This document shows, one piece after another, positions 31,103 through 41,234 of a DNA stretch of 64,000 nt. The stretch's first letter is position 1. Each line of letters starts with the position of its first letter. This DNA is from an uncultured archaeon (GTDB lineage: Archaea > EX4484-52 > JAADEF01), in the NCBI GenBank assembly GCA_964407715.1, contig CAYOWP010000003.1, positions 1 through 64,000 of the forward strand, given 5' to 3'. Position numbers and translations under genes: made by a program. The notes under the pieces are model-generated. The model searched no databases. It was not told the origin of the DNA and saw only the letters and a program-made list of their open reading frames with translations.

Positions 31103-31594
31103 TCAAGATTCCGCAATAGCATTTCCTTTAACATTTACATTTATACCATTATTTTCAAGATATTCCTTTGCCTTATCTGTGATATTATAAACAGATATCT
31201 CTATCTTATATCCTTTGTATTCGCTATTTATTCCTTCAAATGATTTCTGATATATTATTTTCACATCTTTATCAAAGGATAAAGCAATCACCTTGTTTTT
31301 ATCATCAATAGAGCCATCATAAAGATGAACAATATCTCCTAACTTTTCCAAGAGGATTCTCGTAGTGATGACATCCTTCTTTTTATATTTTGCAAGAGGT
31401 GTTTTAAACCCTCTTTTTCCAATCATATATCCCTTAAGCATTAAACCAATCTTTTTATGCTGTCCTTTTTTACCTGATCCTGCCAAACCCTTTCCTCCTC
31501 TACTTCCCTTGCCTCTATGTTTCTTTGAACTTCCATATCCATATGTCCTTGATCCTCTTCTCTTTATAACTTTTTTCCTAAATCTTACAACCAT
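31103..31594 (-). CDS. rplO: 50S ribosomal protein L15
   Basis: RGSRTYGYG, HRGKGSRGGKGLAG, GKRGF. Confidence 0.95.
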   Translation of the reverse strand: MVVRFRKKVIKRRGSRTYGYGSSKKHRGKGSRGGKGLAGSGKKGQHKKIGLMLKGYMIGKRGFKTPLAKYKKKDVITTRILLEKLGDIVHLYDGSIDDKNKVIALSFDKDVKIIYQKSFEGINSEYKGYKIEISVYNITDKAKEYLENNGINVNVKGNAIAES

Positions 31595-32004
31595 TATAAA
31601 TCACCATGTTGTCTCCTCGGAAACATTCTCTCAATTAATGATTCTATGTCCCTTCCCATATATCCCAATGCACCGCCTTGGGCATAGGTGTATTTAATTC
31701 CTCTTCTCCCCCATCCTTTTCTTGGAGGTTGAAGACGATATAAATTTTCATCTTCCTTAGTAGCGTATTTCTCTATGGTTTCTATGAATTTATCGCTAAC
31801 CTCTCCCCATGTAACATAATCTTTTACCTTTTTAATCATACCTCTTATCACAGGATCATCTTTATATATCACTAAATGATTAGGTTTGGTTAACTTTAAT
31901 CTCCTTAAAGTGTTCTCTATATCTTCTCTAACCCCAACCCTGCCTCTAACCCTTATTATAGCAATTTTCATATTTGTGGTCTGCTTATTTTTAAGATTTT
32001 CCAT
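31594..32004 (-). CDS. rpmD: 50S ribosomal protein L30
   Basis: AIIRVRG, VKDYVTWGE, RLQPPRKG, GGALGY; start uncertain (32004 follows GAGGGA). Confidence 0.95.
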   Translation of the reverse strand: MENLKNKQTTNMKIAIIRVRGRVGVREDIENTLRRLKLTKPNHLVIYKDDPVIRGMIKKVKDYVTWGEVSDKFIETIEKYATKEDENLYRLQPPRKGWGRRGIKYTYAQGGALGYMGRDIESLIERMFPRRQHGDL

Positions 32005-32020
32005 ATTTAACTCCCTCATA

Positions 32021-32767
32021 TTATTTTGATAAACCCTCAACAATACCTAAATCCTTCTTAACATCCTCTGGCACTCTTATTTTTGCAAGATTTTTCAAAG
32101 CATTAAAAACAGCATAAATATGATTTATTCTTGTACGTGTCTGCCCAAACGATTGCATCCACACATCCTTAATGCCTGCTAAAGATAGAACTTTCTTAAC
32201 CTCTGAAGATGCCACTAATCCAAGACCTCTTGGACCAGGAATTAGCTTTACTCTCACGGATCCTGCTTTACCCTCAACCTTAAAAGGAATTGTATGATTC
32301 CCATGACAATGACATTCCCAAGAACCACAGCCACGTATAATGGGTGTGATATTTAACCTTGCCTTTTTTGCTGCTTTTATTATTGTTTCTCTTGCATCCT
32401 TTCCCTTTGCATATCCTATCCCTAAATATCCATCCTCATTTCCTACTACAACCATTGCATGCAAACTTCTTTTTCTTCCAGATTTGTGCATTCTCACAGT
32501 GGATCTTATAGGAATTCTCTTAATACCTCCTCCTTTTCCAGAGCTACCTCCAATAAGTATAATTTCCTCTTTTAAATCTGGTAAAAGAATATCAACAATC
32601 TCTGGCTCACGGATTATATATCCCTTCTTGAAAACCTCCTCTATATTTGTTATCTCTCCATTATACACTTTCCTACCTAATTCTGTCTTTGGAACCCATG
32701 TCTTCAATATCCTCTCAACCTTATTAACTTCTATTTGAGGTACATCATTTTCTGTCAATCCAATCAC
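32021..32767 (-). CDS. rpsE: 30S ribosomal protein S5
   Basis: WVPKTELG, RGCGSWEC, GPRGLGL, GQTRT. Confidence 0.97.
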   Translation of the reverse strand: MIGLTENDVPQIEVNKVERILKTWVPKTELGRKVYNGEITNIEEVFKKGYIIREPEIVDILLPDLKEEIILIGGSSGKGGGIKRIPIRSTVRMHKSGRKRSLHAMVVVGNEDGYLGIGYAKGKDARETIIKAAKKARLNITPIIRGCGSWECHCHGNHTIPFKVEGKAGSVRVKLIPGPRGLGLVASSEVKKVLSLAGIKDVWMQSFGQTRTRINHIYAVFNALKNLAKIRVPEDVKKDLGIVEGLSK

Positions 32768-33307
32768 CTATTTCTTTTTACTCTTGCTCTTTTTAAAAGA
32801 TTCTTCTATTTTTTTCTTTATCTCCTCAAATCTTTTTGATATCTCCTTATTCAAATACTTCTCTATATGTGTTCCTTTTAATCTCTCCTCATCAGGTAAA
32901 ATACTTGGATCATGGGGTATATATACTCCAGCATCAAGTACTCCTTTGACCAAGGCATATATTCTACCTTTTCTATGAGGCTTTCTTAATCCAACATCCA
33001 AAATAACCTCCTCAATACCCTTCTCCTTTGCCAAGTGTCCAAGAACATATCCTGTAAGATACGCAGATGGCAAATTCTTAACATTATACTCCCATCCATA
33101 TTTCCTTCTTAAAGATGAGGAATTAAACTGGGCCTCTGTAATATCTCCTTCAGGATGATATCTTACAATCTGCGCTATAAACTGTGTATTTGTTATTCTC
33201 ACCACTAACCTCGGTTTATTCGACATCAAATATGCCAACCTCTTCCTATAGTTTGTCTTTCCTTCCCTTCTTCTCCTAAATGCTAAAATATAACCTGCAT
33301 GTGCCAT
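32768..33307 (-). CDS. rplR: 50S ribosomal protein L18
   Basis: RRRREGKTNYRKR, RLVVR, NLPSAYLTG. Confidence 0.97.
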   Translation of the reverse strand: MAHAGYILAFRRRREGKTNYRKRLAYLMSNKPRLVVRITNTQFIAQIVRYHPEGDITEAQFNSSSLRRKYGWEYNVKNLPSAYLTGYVLGHLAKEKGIEEVILDVGLRKPHRKGRIYALVKGVLDAGVYIPHDPSILPDEERLKGTHIEKYLNKEISKRFEEIKKKIEESFKKSKSKKK

Positions 33308-33416
33308 ACCAATCACCCCTCATGTTATGATATCTTTTAGATGCTTCTTAACAATACACAACATACATATAAAAAGTAGAAAATTTTTTAAATTTAACGG
33401 TCATTTTTCCTTTAAA

Positions 33417-33675
33417 GGCATTGTCCAATAATTCTTTATTGTTAAGCGGAAACATAACCTCTCAAAGAAGCGTATGAGAGCAGTTAACCCTTTGAATAGG
33501 GCTATGCTTCCCGTTAACAAATTGTCCAACAATTTTTTAATGAGGATTTGTTAACGAAAAAATTCGTTCTTATCATTGCATTAGCTCTCTAAGGTTTGCT
33601 GCTCTGATGCGCTTCTTTAAAAGGCTATTTTTCCGCTTAACAAATTTTGTTAATAGGGAATTATTGGACAATGCC
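33417..33675. mobile_element. MITE, long form (259 bp)
   Basis: 18-bp perfect TIR GGCATTGTCCAATAATTC/GAATTATTGGACAATGCC; flanks TCCTTTAAA/GACTTTAAA (7/9 match); internal TIR at about 33521. Confidence 0.88.
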
Positions 33676-33720
33676 GACTTTAAAATACAGCAAATCTCGT
33701 AAGAGCTAAAGTTCCTTAAA

Positions 33721-33794
33721 AGCGAGGGGCGGGATTTGAACCCGCGTAAATGGGGTCTGCAGCCCCACGCCAAACCGGGCTAGGCGACCCTCGC
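33721..33794 (-). tRNA. tRNA-Cys(GCA)
   Basis: GCGAGGG/CCCTCGC stem, TGGGG-CTGCAGA-CCCCA anticodon arm, GGTTCAAATCC, U discriminator. Confidence 0.95.
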
Positions 33795-33870
33795 ATCCTC
33801 CATATCTCTATAGAGATAAAGGATAGAACAAAATTTTAAAAATTTTTAATCGATTTGTTAACAAAAAATT

Positions 33871-33936
33871 TGGTTAACGAAAAAGATCACTATTATCAAA
33901 GATTTTGCAGCATGCTAACCCCTCTTAAAGGTTATT
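33871..33936. repeat. Solo half-module
   Basis: TGGTTAACG...TTTTGCAGCATGCTAACC...AGGTTA. Confidence 0.75.
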
Positions 33937-34035
33937 TCCATTGACGATATTTATTTTAAAATAAAGAAATTTTTAAAATTTTTAAATCTAAAAATTACTA
34001 TGAGATGTTCAAAATTATTATAAGGTGGTCCTAAT

Positions 34036-34773
34036 ATGAGAATCTTAGAGGAAAAATCAGCAAAGGATAAGGAATTAGTGATCAGTTTAGGTGGAAGTGT
34101 AATAACAAAAGATAACTATAGCAATGTGGACAAAATCCTTTCCCAATTACTAACCTTATCACGAAAATATCATCTGTTTGTGGTTACTGGCGGTGGTACA
34201 TTGGCAAGAAATTTGATAGAAATCGTCAAAAATAAAAATAATATGTCATATAAAAAATACTACACACCCAAAAAAATAGAATCCATGAAGGAATATATAT
34301 TGGATGAGATAGGAATCGCAGCCACTCATTTACATGCAAAATTGTTTGCTGCGCTTTTAGGGTATAAAAAATATCCTGTACCACCTCAAATAAAAAATGC
34401 CATTAATTTAAGGAATCATTACAGAATTGTTTTTATGGGAGGCACATTACCAGGAAGATCAACTGACACAGTTGCTGCAGAATTAGCAGCAAAAGTAAAA
34501 GCAGAATGCTTAATCAATGTAAGTGATATAAAAGGAGTATACGATAAGGATCCTGACAAGCATAAAGATGCAAAGCTTTTAAGGAAAATATCATATGAAG
34601 AATTATGGAAAATTATAAAACATTATCCTCAATCACCAGGTGAATATAAGCTCTTTGATCACAAAGCATTAGAAATCGTTAAAAAACATAGAATACCTGT
34701 CAAGTTCGTTCATTTTGAAGATATCTCAAACTTTGATGATGATAATATAGGGACATTGGTTTGTAATAGCTAA
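34036..34773 (+). CDS. pyrH: Uridylate kinase
   Basis: VISLGGS, VTGGGTLAR, DEIGIAAT, PGRSTDTVAA, GVYDKDP. Confidence 0.95.
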   Translation: MRILEEKSAKDKELVISLGGSVITKDNYSNVDKILSQLLTLSRKYHLFVVTGGGTLARNLIEIVKNKNNMSYKKYYTPKKIESMKEYILDEIGIAATHLHAKLFAALLGYKKYPVPPQIKNAINLRNHYRIVFMGGTLPGRSTDTVAAELAAKVKAECLINVSDIKGVYDKDPDKHKDAKLLRKISYEELWKIIKHYPQSPGEYKLFDHKALEIVKKHRIPVKFVHFEDISNFDDDNIGTLVCNS

Positions 34774-36524
34774 TGAGTTGAAAGTCCTACATCAACATTA
34801 AGTTGTTTACAGATAATTTGAAGATTGATTATAGCAGGTATTTTTTTCACATCTAAATCTCCCCAATCCATCTTTGCCTCATCAACAACATCTTCAAATT
34901 CAATTTTCACTCCTGTCATTACATACCCTGGAGGACATTGAAGTGTATTTACTGCTTCATCTTCTATCCTATAGGGTGATATTATTCTATTATCAGTAAG
35001 CTCAACTTGCTTAGAAATGGCAATTTCTTTACATTCAAATTTACCATCTTTATAAACCAAAACCTCTCCATCAGAGCAGGAAGGTTTACGGATGAAATTA
35101 TATTCTACCCAATCCTTAGATGCCATACCTTCCATTTTTAATTTCTCTATTAGATTACCATGGCTTATAAGTCGTGAAGATAGACCAGCATAACTATAGC
35201 ATTCATATCCATCAGATGTTTTTACCACTACTCCATCACTTCCACAATTAATTCCTTTATCAATGATTTCTTTTTTGCTTACACATTCAAATTCATTTGA
35301 GTTCACATCATAAACCAAAACATCTCCATCTGAGCAGGATGTTTTTACTACAACTACTCCATTATCTTTTAAACGATGTAATAAATTGGAATATGTCTCA
35401 CATGAAATATCCGCATTCTCATTAAAGCCTTTCATAATACCATTATAGCACTTCTTATTCTTAAGTTTCTCCACAATCTTATCTCTCACCATATCATCAA
35501 AATATTTGCACTCTACTATCAAATTACCACTACTATCTCTTCTAAGTAGCAAAACATTATTCTCATTGCTTTCACACATAGAAACTTGAATAAACCCCTT
35601 TTCTTTTAAGTAGTCCTCTATCTCATTCTTAACATATGGTGTAAGACCCTCAAGCACTATGCTTTCCTTATCATCAAGCTCAGACAAAATTGCTTGGATT
35701 TTATCCCATAACAATGTATTCGAACTCTTTAAATCATTAATATCTAATATAGCATAAGTTAATGATTCATTAACTCTATCTAATGTTGAAATTACATCTT
35801 TTGCTTTAATCCCATTAACATAAAAAGTATCGTTAGCATATGAAGAAAAGGAGGCATAGCCAACCTTTAAGTTATCATATGTGATAGAGGGATCTATTAT
35901 AGGAATGTCTGAAATATTTGATCCTATCATATGCCCATTTAATGAAACTGCATCTATTCCAAGAGAGCAAATTCCATTTATACAATAGTTCTTTAGATTA
36001 ATCAAGTTTAAAAGATCCTCTTTATTAATTCCAATCAAATTATATGCATAATATGAGGAATTGACATTCAATAGATTCTCCATTAGACTTATTTGCTCTT
36101 CTACAATGGATCTTACAGCATCCTCATCTAAAGAATTTGTATTTTGAGGTAATATATCGCTCCAAGAAGATATGCATTCCCCATTTAAACATAATTTTTT
36201 AAAGTTTGACTTATAGCTTGGGTCAATATAATAAGAAGGATTATCAAGATCCACAATCTTTCCAACACCATAATAAAGAAATAATACTCCTTTTAAGGTT
36301 CCTCCGTTTATTTTAAGGAAATCATTAGCATTATACCCTCCTAATTTTTCTGCATTATCTACTATACCATTCCTGTTCTCATCAATTGAGACATCAGATT
36401 CGCTGTTGATTGCTATTTGTTGAAGAGGCAACCAGTTTTGTGTTTTATCAACAAGAGCATATGCAAAAGAGAAAGTAAATAAACCAAACAACATAATCAT
36501 AACCACATATCTTTCTGTTCTCAT
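34770..36524 (-). CDS. Secreted fibre/adhesin-like protein with Cys repeats
   Basis: Signal peptide; DNAEKLGG..DFL..GGTL; repeated SCSDG(D/E)VLVY..FEC; C-terminal CPPGYVMTGV. Confidence 0.65.
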   Translation of the reverse strand: MRTERYVVMIMLFGLFTFSFAYALVDKTQNWLPLQQIAINSESDVSIDENRNGIVDNAEKLGGYNANDFLKINGGTLKGVLFLYYGVGKIVDLDNPSYYIDPSYKSNFKKLCLNGECISSWSDILPQNTNSLDEDAVRSIVEEQISLMENLLNVNSSYYAYNLIGINKEDLLNLINLKNYCINGICSLGIDAVSLNGHMIGSNISDIPIIDPSITYDNLKVGYASFSSYANDTFYVNGIKAKDVISTLDRVNESLTYAILDINDLKSSNTLLWDKIQAILSELDDKESIVLEGLTPYVKNEIEDYLKEKGFIQVSMCESNENNVLLLRRDSSGNLIVECKYFDDMVRDKIVEKLKNKKCYNGIMKGFNENADISCETYSNLLHRLKDNGVVVVKTSCSDGDVLVYDVNSNEFECVSKKEIIDKGINCGSDGVVVKTSDGYECYSYAGLSSRLISHGNLIEKLKMEGMASKDWVEYNFIRKPSCSDGEVLVYKDGKFECKEIAISKQVELTDNRIISPYRIEDEAVNTLQCPPGYVMTGVKIEFEDVVDEAKMDWGDLDVKKIPAIINLQIICKQLNVDVGLSTH

Positions 36525-36539
36525 TTATCTTACCTCCTT

Positions 36540-37025
36540 CTATTGCTCTCCTATATAATCATTATATAAATTATTACAAATATATTTTTTGTCTTTATCT
36601 GGTAATATAGAACATTTATTTTGGTGTGTTGTGATAGAAAAATATAATACACAACCCAATATATATGACTCCTCTCCATATGCTTTAATATTTAAACATT
36701 CCGCAGGATCTTTTTTATTAAGAGCTTTAAGGGTATAATAATGGGCTATACATGCCTTTCTATAATCCTCTTTCTTTATCCTTTGGCATATATCTATGGT
36801 ATTTTTATTCTCCATCTCACTATAGATTTCCTGGAGATAGCGTACCTCCTCTATCGGAGATGTGAAAGATACTTGCGATTCCTTTTTAATTTCATTATTT
36901 CTGAGCGTGTCGTTTATATCATTAACTATATTATGAGATATAATCAAAGAAGTTCCAATAATACATCCAACCATAAAACATAGCACCACATAGAAGACAA
37001 ATCTCTTTTGATCTTCTTTTTCCAT
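36540..37025 (-). CDS. Membrane-anchored Cys-repeat protein
   Basis: N-terminal TM and CxxIx(5-7)C repeats; ATG 37025 preferred. Confidence 0.65.
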   Translation of the reverse strand: MEKEDQKRFVFYVVLCFMVGCIIGTSLIISHNIVNDINDTLRNNEIKKESQVSFTSPIEEVRYLQEIYSEMENKNTIDICQRIKKEDYRKACIAHYYTLKALNKKDPAECLNIKAYGEESYILGCVLYFSITTHQNKCSILPDKDKKYICNNLYNDYIGEQ

Positions 37026-37083
37026 AAATAGAATATATTTGTGACAATAGAATATATATTTTGATATCTTAACCTCTAACATT

Positions 37084-37231
37084 GGAATTGTCCAATAATT
37101 TTTTAATGAGAATTTATTAACGAAAAAATTCGTTCTTACAATCGCATCAGCTCTACAAGGTTCGCTACTCTAAGCGCTTCTTTAAGAGGCTACCTTTCCG
37201 CTTAACAAATAGAGAATTATTGGACAATGCC
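37084..37231. mobile_element. MITE, short form (148 bp)
   Basis: GGAATTGTCCAATAATT...AATTATTGGACAATGCC; flanks TCTAACATT/TCTAACATC (8/9 match). Confidence 0.88.
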
Positions 37232-37240
37232 TCTAACATC

Positions 37241-39127
37241 TTAATAACATCTCAAAATCTTATTCCTTATAGGATGATCTGATAGCTTATCTTTCACTCC
37301 ACAAGTAGTCTCAACTATTATGTCTTTTATCTCATTACATAGTATATTGCAAGGTATCCTAAAAATACCTATTCCTCCAGGATGTAAAACATATACCTTC
37401 GAGAGATTTGTATAGCATACCTTCTTATAATCATTGCTATAGATGGTTATGTTCTTTATCCCTGCTCTTTCAGAAAGTATATTCCTTATCCTTACTTTAT
37501 ATCCCTCAGAAGATCCAGAGATATTCATAGAAGTGATTATTCCTCCATGAGAATCTGCTCTATATGTGATTGGAACTATACAAGGTACTATACCAAAGCA
37601 TTTATTGTTAATATAACCTAAAATGTAAGAGGTTATATCTGCACTTGAGCTTTCATTAAAGAATCCCTCATGCTTCCATACCAATTGCTCACCAACATAG
37701 ATTTTTGGATTTAAAGGATATGTTTTTGATAATGCCAAAGGATAATAATCTACATTTCCTGATGCTATTGTATAAGGGGAATCGCATATCCCATCATGAT
37801 TCGCATCATCGCAAGTTTCTGAGTAACCATTTCCTGAAGGCGTAGCATACACATTACCACCAATGAAAGGTCTCCCCACTATGTTTGGTCCAAGTTGTAG
37901 GGAGGTGTTCCAGTGGTTTGATGAAGAAGAAATATAAATGTTGTTTGTATTATTAAGGAGGTTATTGTAAAAGAAATTGTTATCTGTTGAGTATAGATAA
38001 ATCCCATATCGATTATATGATATAATTGAGTTTGTTAGGATATTTTGAGATGAATCAGACCAAAAGTAAATTCCTTTAATACCATTATTATTAGCGGAAA
38101 TATTAGTGATGATATTATAAGATGAGTCTGAAAGAAAAGATATCCCAGTAAGATGATTATTATTAGCAGAGATATTAGTCATCTTGTTATAGGATGATTC
38201 CCACAGATAGAGTCCATACCAACGGTTATTATTAGCAAAGATATTAGTAATTTTATTATAGGATGAATCCTCAACACGTATTCCATCTCGATTCCAGCGT
38301 GAATCTATATTTCTTAATGTTGAGTTATTTGTTCCAACAATTAAGATACCATTGTTGTTTAAGATATCTGATCCCTTTATGGTAATATTAGTAAAGTTGC
38401 TACAGTCAGCATTACATAAAATTAATTCAGAAAAGATTTTATTTGAGATATTTATAGGAGAATTATAATACATTATAGGTCTGTTTCCTGATCCTTTTGC
38501 ATTGATTATTACACTAGAACACGAAGAAGGATACTCAATCATAATATCCCACATTCTATTCTCCTGAGCGATAATATCAGTAAGAATATTATCTGAAGAC
38601 CCAGAAAGCTCAATTCCATGCCAATCGTTATTATTAACTGTAATATTAGTGAGAGTATTAGAAGATGATCCTGAGAGAACAATTCCATGCCAATCGTTAT
38701 TATTGGCTGTAATATCTTCCAAGGTATTATATGAAGAAGTGGAGAGGTAGATACCATACCAATCATTGTTTTTACTCACAACATTCTCTATCTTGCTATC
38801 ATGAACTCCATTATCGAAGTAAATTCCATGATAAAATTCTTGGATTTCACAGTTTCTTATGGAGATGTTGCTTAAGGAGCCGCTTGCATATACACCATAA
38901 GTCTCCTCTGTTTTGTTTCCATCAATCATATGCCATTGACAATCCAAAATCACATTGGAGGTTGTGATGTTAAAACACGTACTACTAGAGTTCCAAATAT
39001 CGGTTGTGAGATAATACACACCAGGAGAGGAAATGGTGGTGCAGGAGTTGAGAGAGGTGGCTGCATAGGAAAAAGGTAATGTGAAAAGTATGAGTAAAAG
39101 CATCGCGATGAACAATAGATATCTCAT
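37241..39127 (-). CDS. NosD/CASH parallel beta-helix surface protein with a pilin-like C-terminal region
   Basis: Signal peptide, SCTTISSPGVYYL, tandem NNxxxGIxLxxSSxNxLxNI repeats, GPNIVG..IGGN..DGICDSPY..DYYPL. Confidence 0.85.
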   Translation of the reverse strand: MRYLLFIAMLLLILFTLPFSYAATSLNSCTTISSPGVYYLTTDIWNSSSTCFNITTSNVILDCQWHMIDGNKTEETYGVYASGSLSNISIRNCEIQEFYHGIYFDNGVHDSKIENVVSKNNDWYGIYLSTSSYNTLEDITANNNDWHGIVLSGSSSNTLTNITVNNNDWHGIELSGSSDNILTDIIAQENRMWDIMIEYPSSCSSVIINAKGSGNRPIMYYNSPINISNKIFSELILCNADCSNFTNITIKGSDILNNNGILIVGTNNSTLRNIDSRWNRDGIRVEDSSYNKITNIFANNNRWYGLYLWESSYNKMTNISANNNHLTGISFLSDSSYNIITNISANNNGIKGIYFWSDSSQNILTNSIISYNRYGIYLYSTDNNFFYNNLLNNTNNIYISSSSNHWNTSLQLGPNIVGRPFIGGNVYATPSGNGYSETCDDANHDGICDSPYTIASGNVDYYPLALSKTYPLNPKIYVGEQLVWKHEGFFNESSSADITSYILGYINNKCFGIVPCIVPITYRADSHGGIITSMNISGSSEGYKVRIRNILSERAGIKNITIYSNDYKKVCYTNLSKVYVLHPGGIGIFRIPCNILCNEIKDIIVETTCGVKDKLSDHPIRNKILRCY

Positions 39128-39136
39128 GTTATCACC

Positions 39137-39469
39137 TTAATAAGGTATGGGTGTTAAATCTATGGTGACTTCAACATTGCTATTGTTTAGGGTTAGATTG
39201 AAAGTACTTTCCTCATATGCTTTGTCATGGAGAAAAGTTTTGTTGATATAGCTCTCTAATTTGTCTACTACTCCATAAGTTACTTTTTGGATGGAGACTT
39301 TTACTTTATCGCAGTTAACAGGTAAGTCCTGTTTTTCTGCTGATTCTGAGATGCTCCTTATGAATGATTTGAACCACCCACTATATAGCGCAGCTATAGC
39401 AGTAACAAACACAACAAGAAGCACAGCTGAGATGGTTATGGATACTGCTTTTTTTGTTTTAGTTCTCAT
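39137..39469 (-). CDS. Archaeal type IV pilin-like protein (N-terminal part)
   Basis: KKA|VSITISAVLLVVFVTAIAALYSGW. Confidence 0.8.
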   Translation of the reverse strand: MRTKTKKAVSITISAVLLVVFVTAIAALYSGWFKSFIRSISESAEKQDLPVNCDKVKVSIQKVTYGVVDKLESYINKTFLHDKAYEESTFNLTLNNSNVEVTIDLTPIPY

Positions 39470-39509
39470 AAAGAGTAATTATGTATCATAAAGGTTTATA
39501 AAGATTTTG

Positions 39510-40817
39510 TTATATCCTATATCTTGCGATATTCCATAACAATCTAAGTGCTATATCATATGCGCTCTCTCTATATGAGAGATTATTTTTTTGTGCATAG
39601 AAACATACTTTCTTAGAGATATTTATCATATGATTTTCAAGACGTTGGAGTGTTTTGTGTCTGCTCCACCTTTCCCATGATCTATTCTGAAGCCATTCAT
39701 AATAACTAACCACAACACCACCGCCATTTGCTAAAATATCAGGGATTATTATTTTGTTCCTTTCCTTAAGTATGTTATCAGCGGTATAAGTTACTGGCCC
39801 ATTTGCTATTTCCAATATCATCTCTGCCTTTATGTTATCTGCGTTTCTTTTAGTTATCTGGTTTTCTGTTGCTGCCAATACAAGCACATCCACATTCATC
39901 TCAAGCAATTCCTCATTCTCTATGATTTTATATTCTTCATTATTATGTACAAGATTCAGTTGCTCTTCTGAGGAATAATCCTTTATATATTTTCCTCCCC
40001 TCTTATACTTATAGAGATTCTCTACATTTATTCCCTTCTCGCTATATATTGCACCTGAGGAATCTGAGATCCCAACTATTTTATATCCGCTCTCCGATAT
40101 ATATCTCGAAAAATAATATCCTACATTACCAAAACCCTGAACTGCAATTTTGATTTTATCTTTTGGCTTATTGATATGTTTCTTAATAAAATACTCAAAC
40201 ACATATCCTGCTCCATATCCTGTTGCCTCCCTTCTTCCAGGTATACCATAAAGAGAAATTGGTTTCCCTGTCACAACCCCAGGCTCAAATTTGCCAGAGA
40301 TTCTGGAGTATTCATCTACTATCCATGCCATTACTTGCTCATCGGTATACATATCAGGGGCAGGAATATCTTTATCAATACCTATTTGATCAGCAATTGC
40401 ACGTGTAAAGGATCTTGTTAAATTTTCCAATTCCCATTTTTCAAGTTCTTTTACGTTAACTATTACACCCCCCTTTGCACCCCCAAAAGGAAGTTGATGA
40501 AGAGCATTTTTCCATGTCATTATGGCAGCAAGACCTATTATCTCATCAATATTTACATAAGGTGAAAACCTTATTCCTCCTTTTCCAGGGCCTAATAGAT
40601 CACTATGCAAAACTCTATACCCTTTGAATAATCTTATCTCATGGTTTCTCAATCTTACTGGAAAAGAGACCTCTGTAACCTTTTTTGGATTTCTAAGAAA
40701 ATTTCTCTTTTGCTCATCAAATTTCGCTCTATCAAATGTATCCTCTTGAAAGTTGGTTACGCTATACAACAAATTTTCCTCATTTATGATTTTCTCCATA
40801 TCTCCCTTAAGTGTCAT
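39510..40817 (-). CDS. gdhA: Glutamate dehydrogenase
   Basis: GPGKGGIRF, LPFGGAKGG, DIPAPD, VQGFGNVG, PDILANGGGV. Confidence 0.95.
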   Translation of the reverse strand: MTLKGDMEKIINEENLLYSVTNFQEDTFDRAKFDEQKRNFLRNPKKVTEVSFPVRLRNHEIRLFKGYRVLHSDLLGPGKGGIRFSPYVNIDEIIGLAAIMTWKNALHQLPFGGAKGGVIVNVKELEKWELENLTRSFTRAIADQIGIDKDIPAPDMYTDEQVMAWIVDEYSRISGKFEPGVVTGKPISLYGIPGRREATGYGAGYVFEYFIKKHINKPKDKIKIAVQGFGNVGYYFSRYISESGYKIVGISDSSGAIYSEKGINVENLYKYKRGGKYIKDYSSEEQLNLVHNNEEYKIIENEELLEMNVDVLVLAATENQITKRNADNIKAEMILEIANGPVTYTADNILKERNKIIIPDILANGGGVVVSYYEWLQNRSWERWSRHKTLQRLENHMINISKKVCFYAQKNNLSYRESAYDIALRLLWNIARYRI

Positions 40818-40868
40818 ATAAGAATTTAAAAAGTTAGTTTTCTCAGCTTTTCTTACATCTCCTCATAG

Positions 40869-41222
40869 CTATAGCAATTTTAGATCTCCCGTGATTTCAT
40901 CTATCTCTCTCTCATAATATGGGCCAATTCCAACCGCGGTATAATCTGGAGCTTTAAGTTGAGTCTTAGCAGCATCTTTTATTATACATGTCGGAAGTCC
41001 TCTTTTTCTTGCCAATTTATATACCTCAATAAGTTTTTCTTTGCTATTGACTTTAAGCACTATTTTCTCAGCACCTTGTGAGAGCCATCTCTCACGTATT
41101 TTCTTGCATGACTTTAAGAATGCACAAAGAGATGCATGGGCAACTTGTGATGCTATTTTTCCTTTTCCCATCTTTAAATCCACTCTAACCACTATAACCT
41201 GTTTCAACAGCTCCTCTACCAT
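40869..41222 (-). CDS. pth2: Peptidyl-tRNA hydrolase Pth2
   Basis: KQVIVVRVDLKMGKGKIASQVAHAS, IKDAAKTQ, GIGP. Confidence 0.96.
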   Translation of the reverse strand: MVEELLKQVIVVRVDLKMGKGKIASQVAHASLCAFLKSCKKIRERWLSQGAEKIVLKVNSKEKLIEVYKLARKRGLPTCIIKDAAKTQLKAPDYTAVGIGPYYEREIDEITGDLKLL

Positions 41223-41234
41223 ACCAATACTCCC

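Noticed and set aside
33573-33773. 66-aa ORF
   Set aside because: Overlaps tRNA-Cys and the MITE
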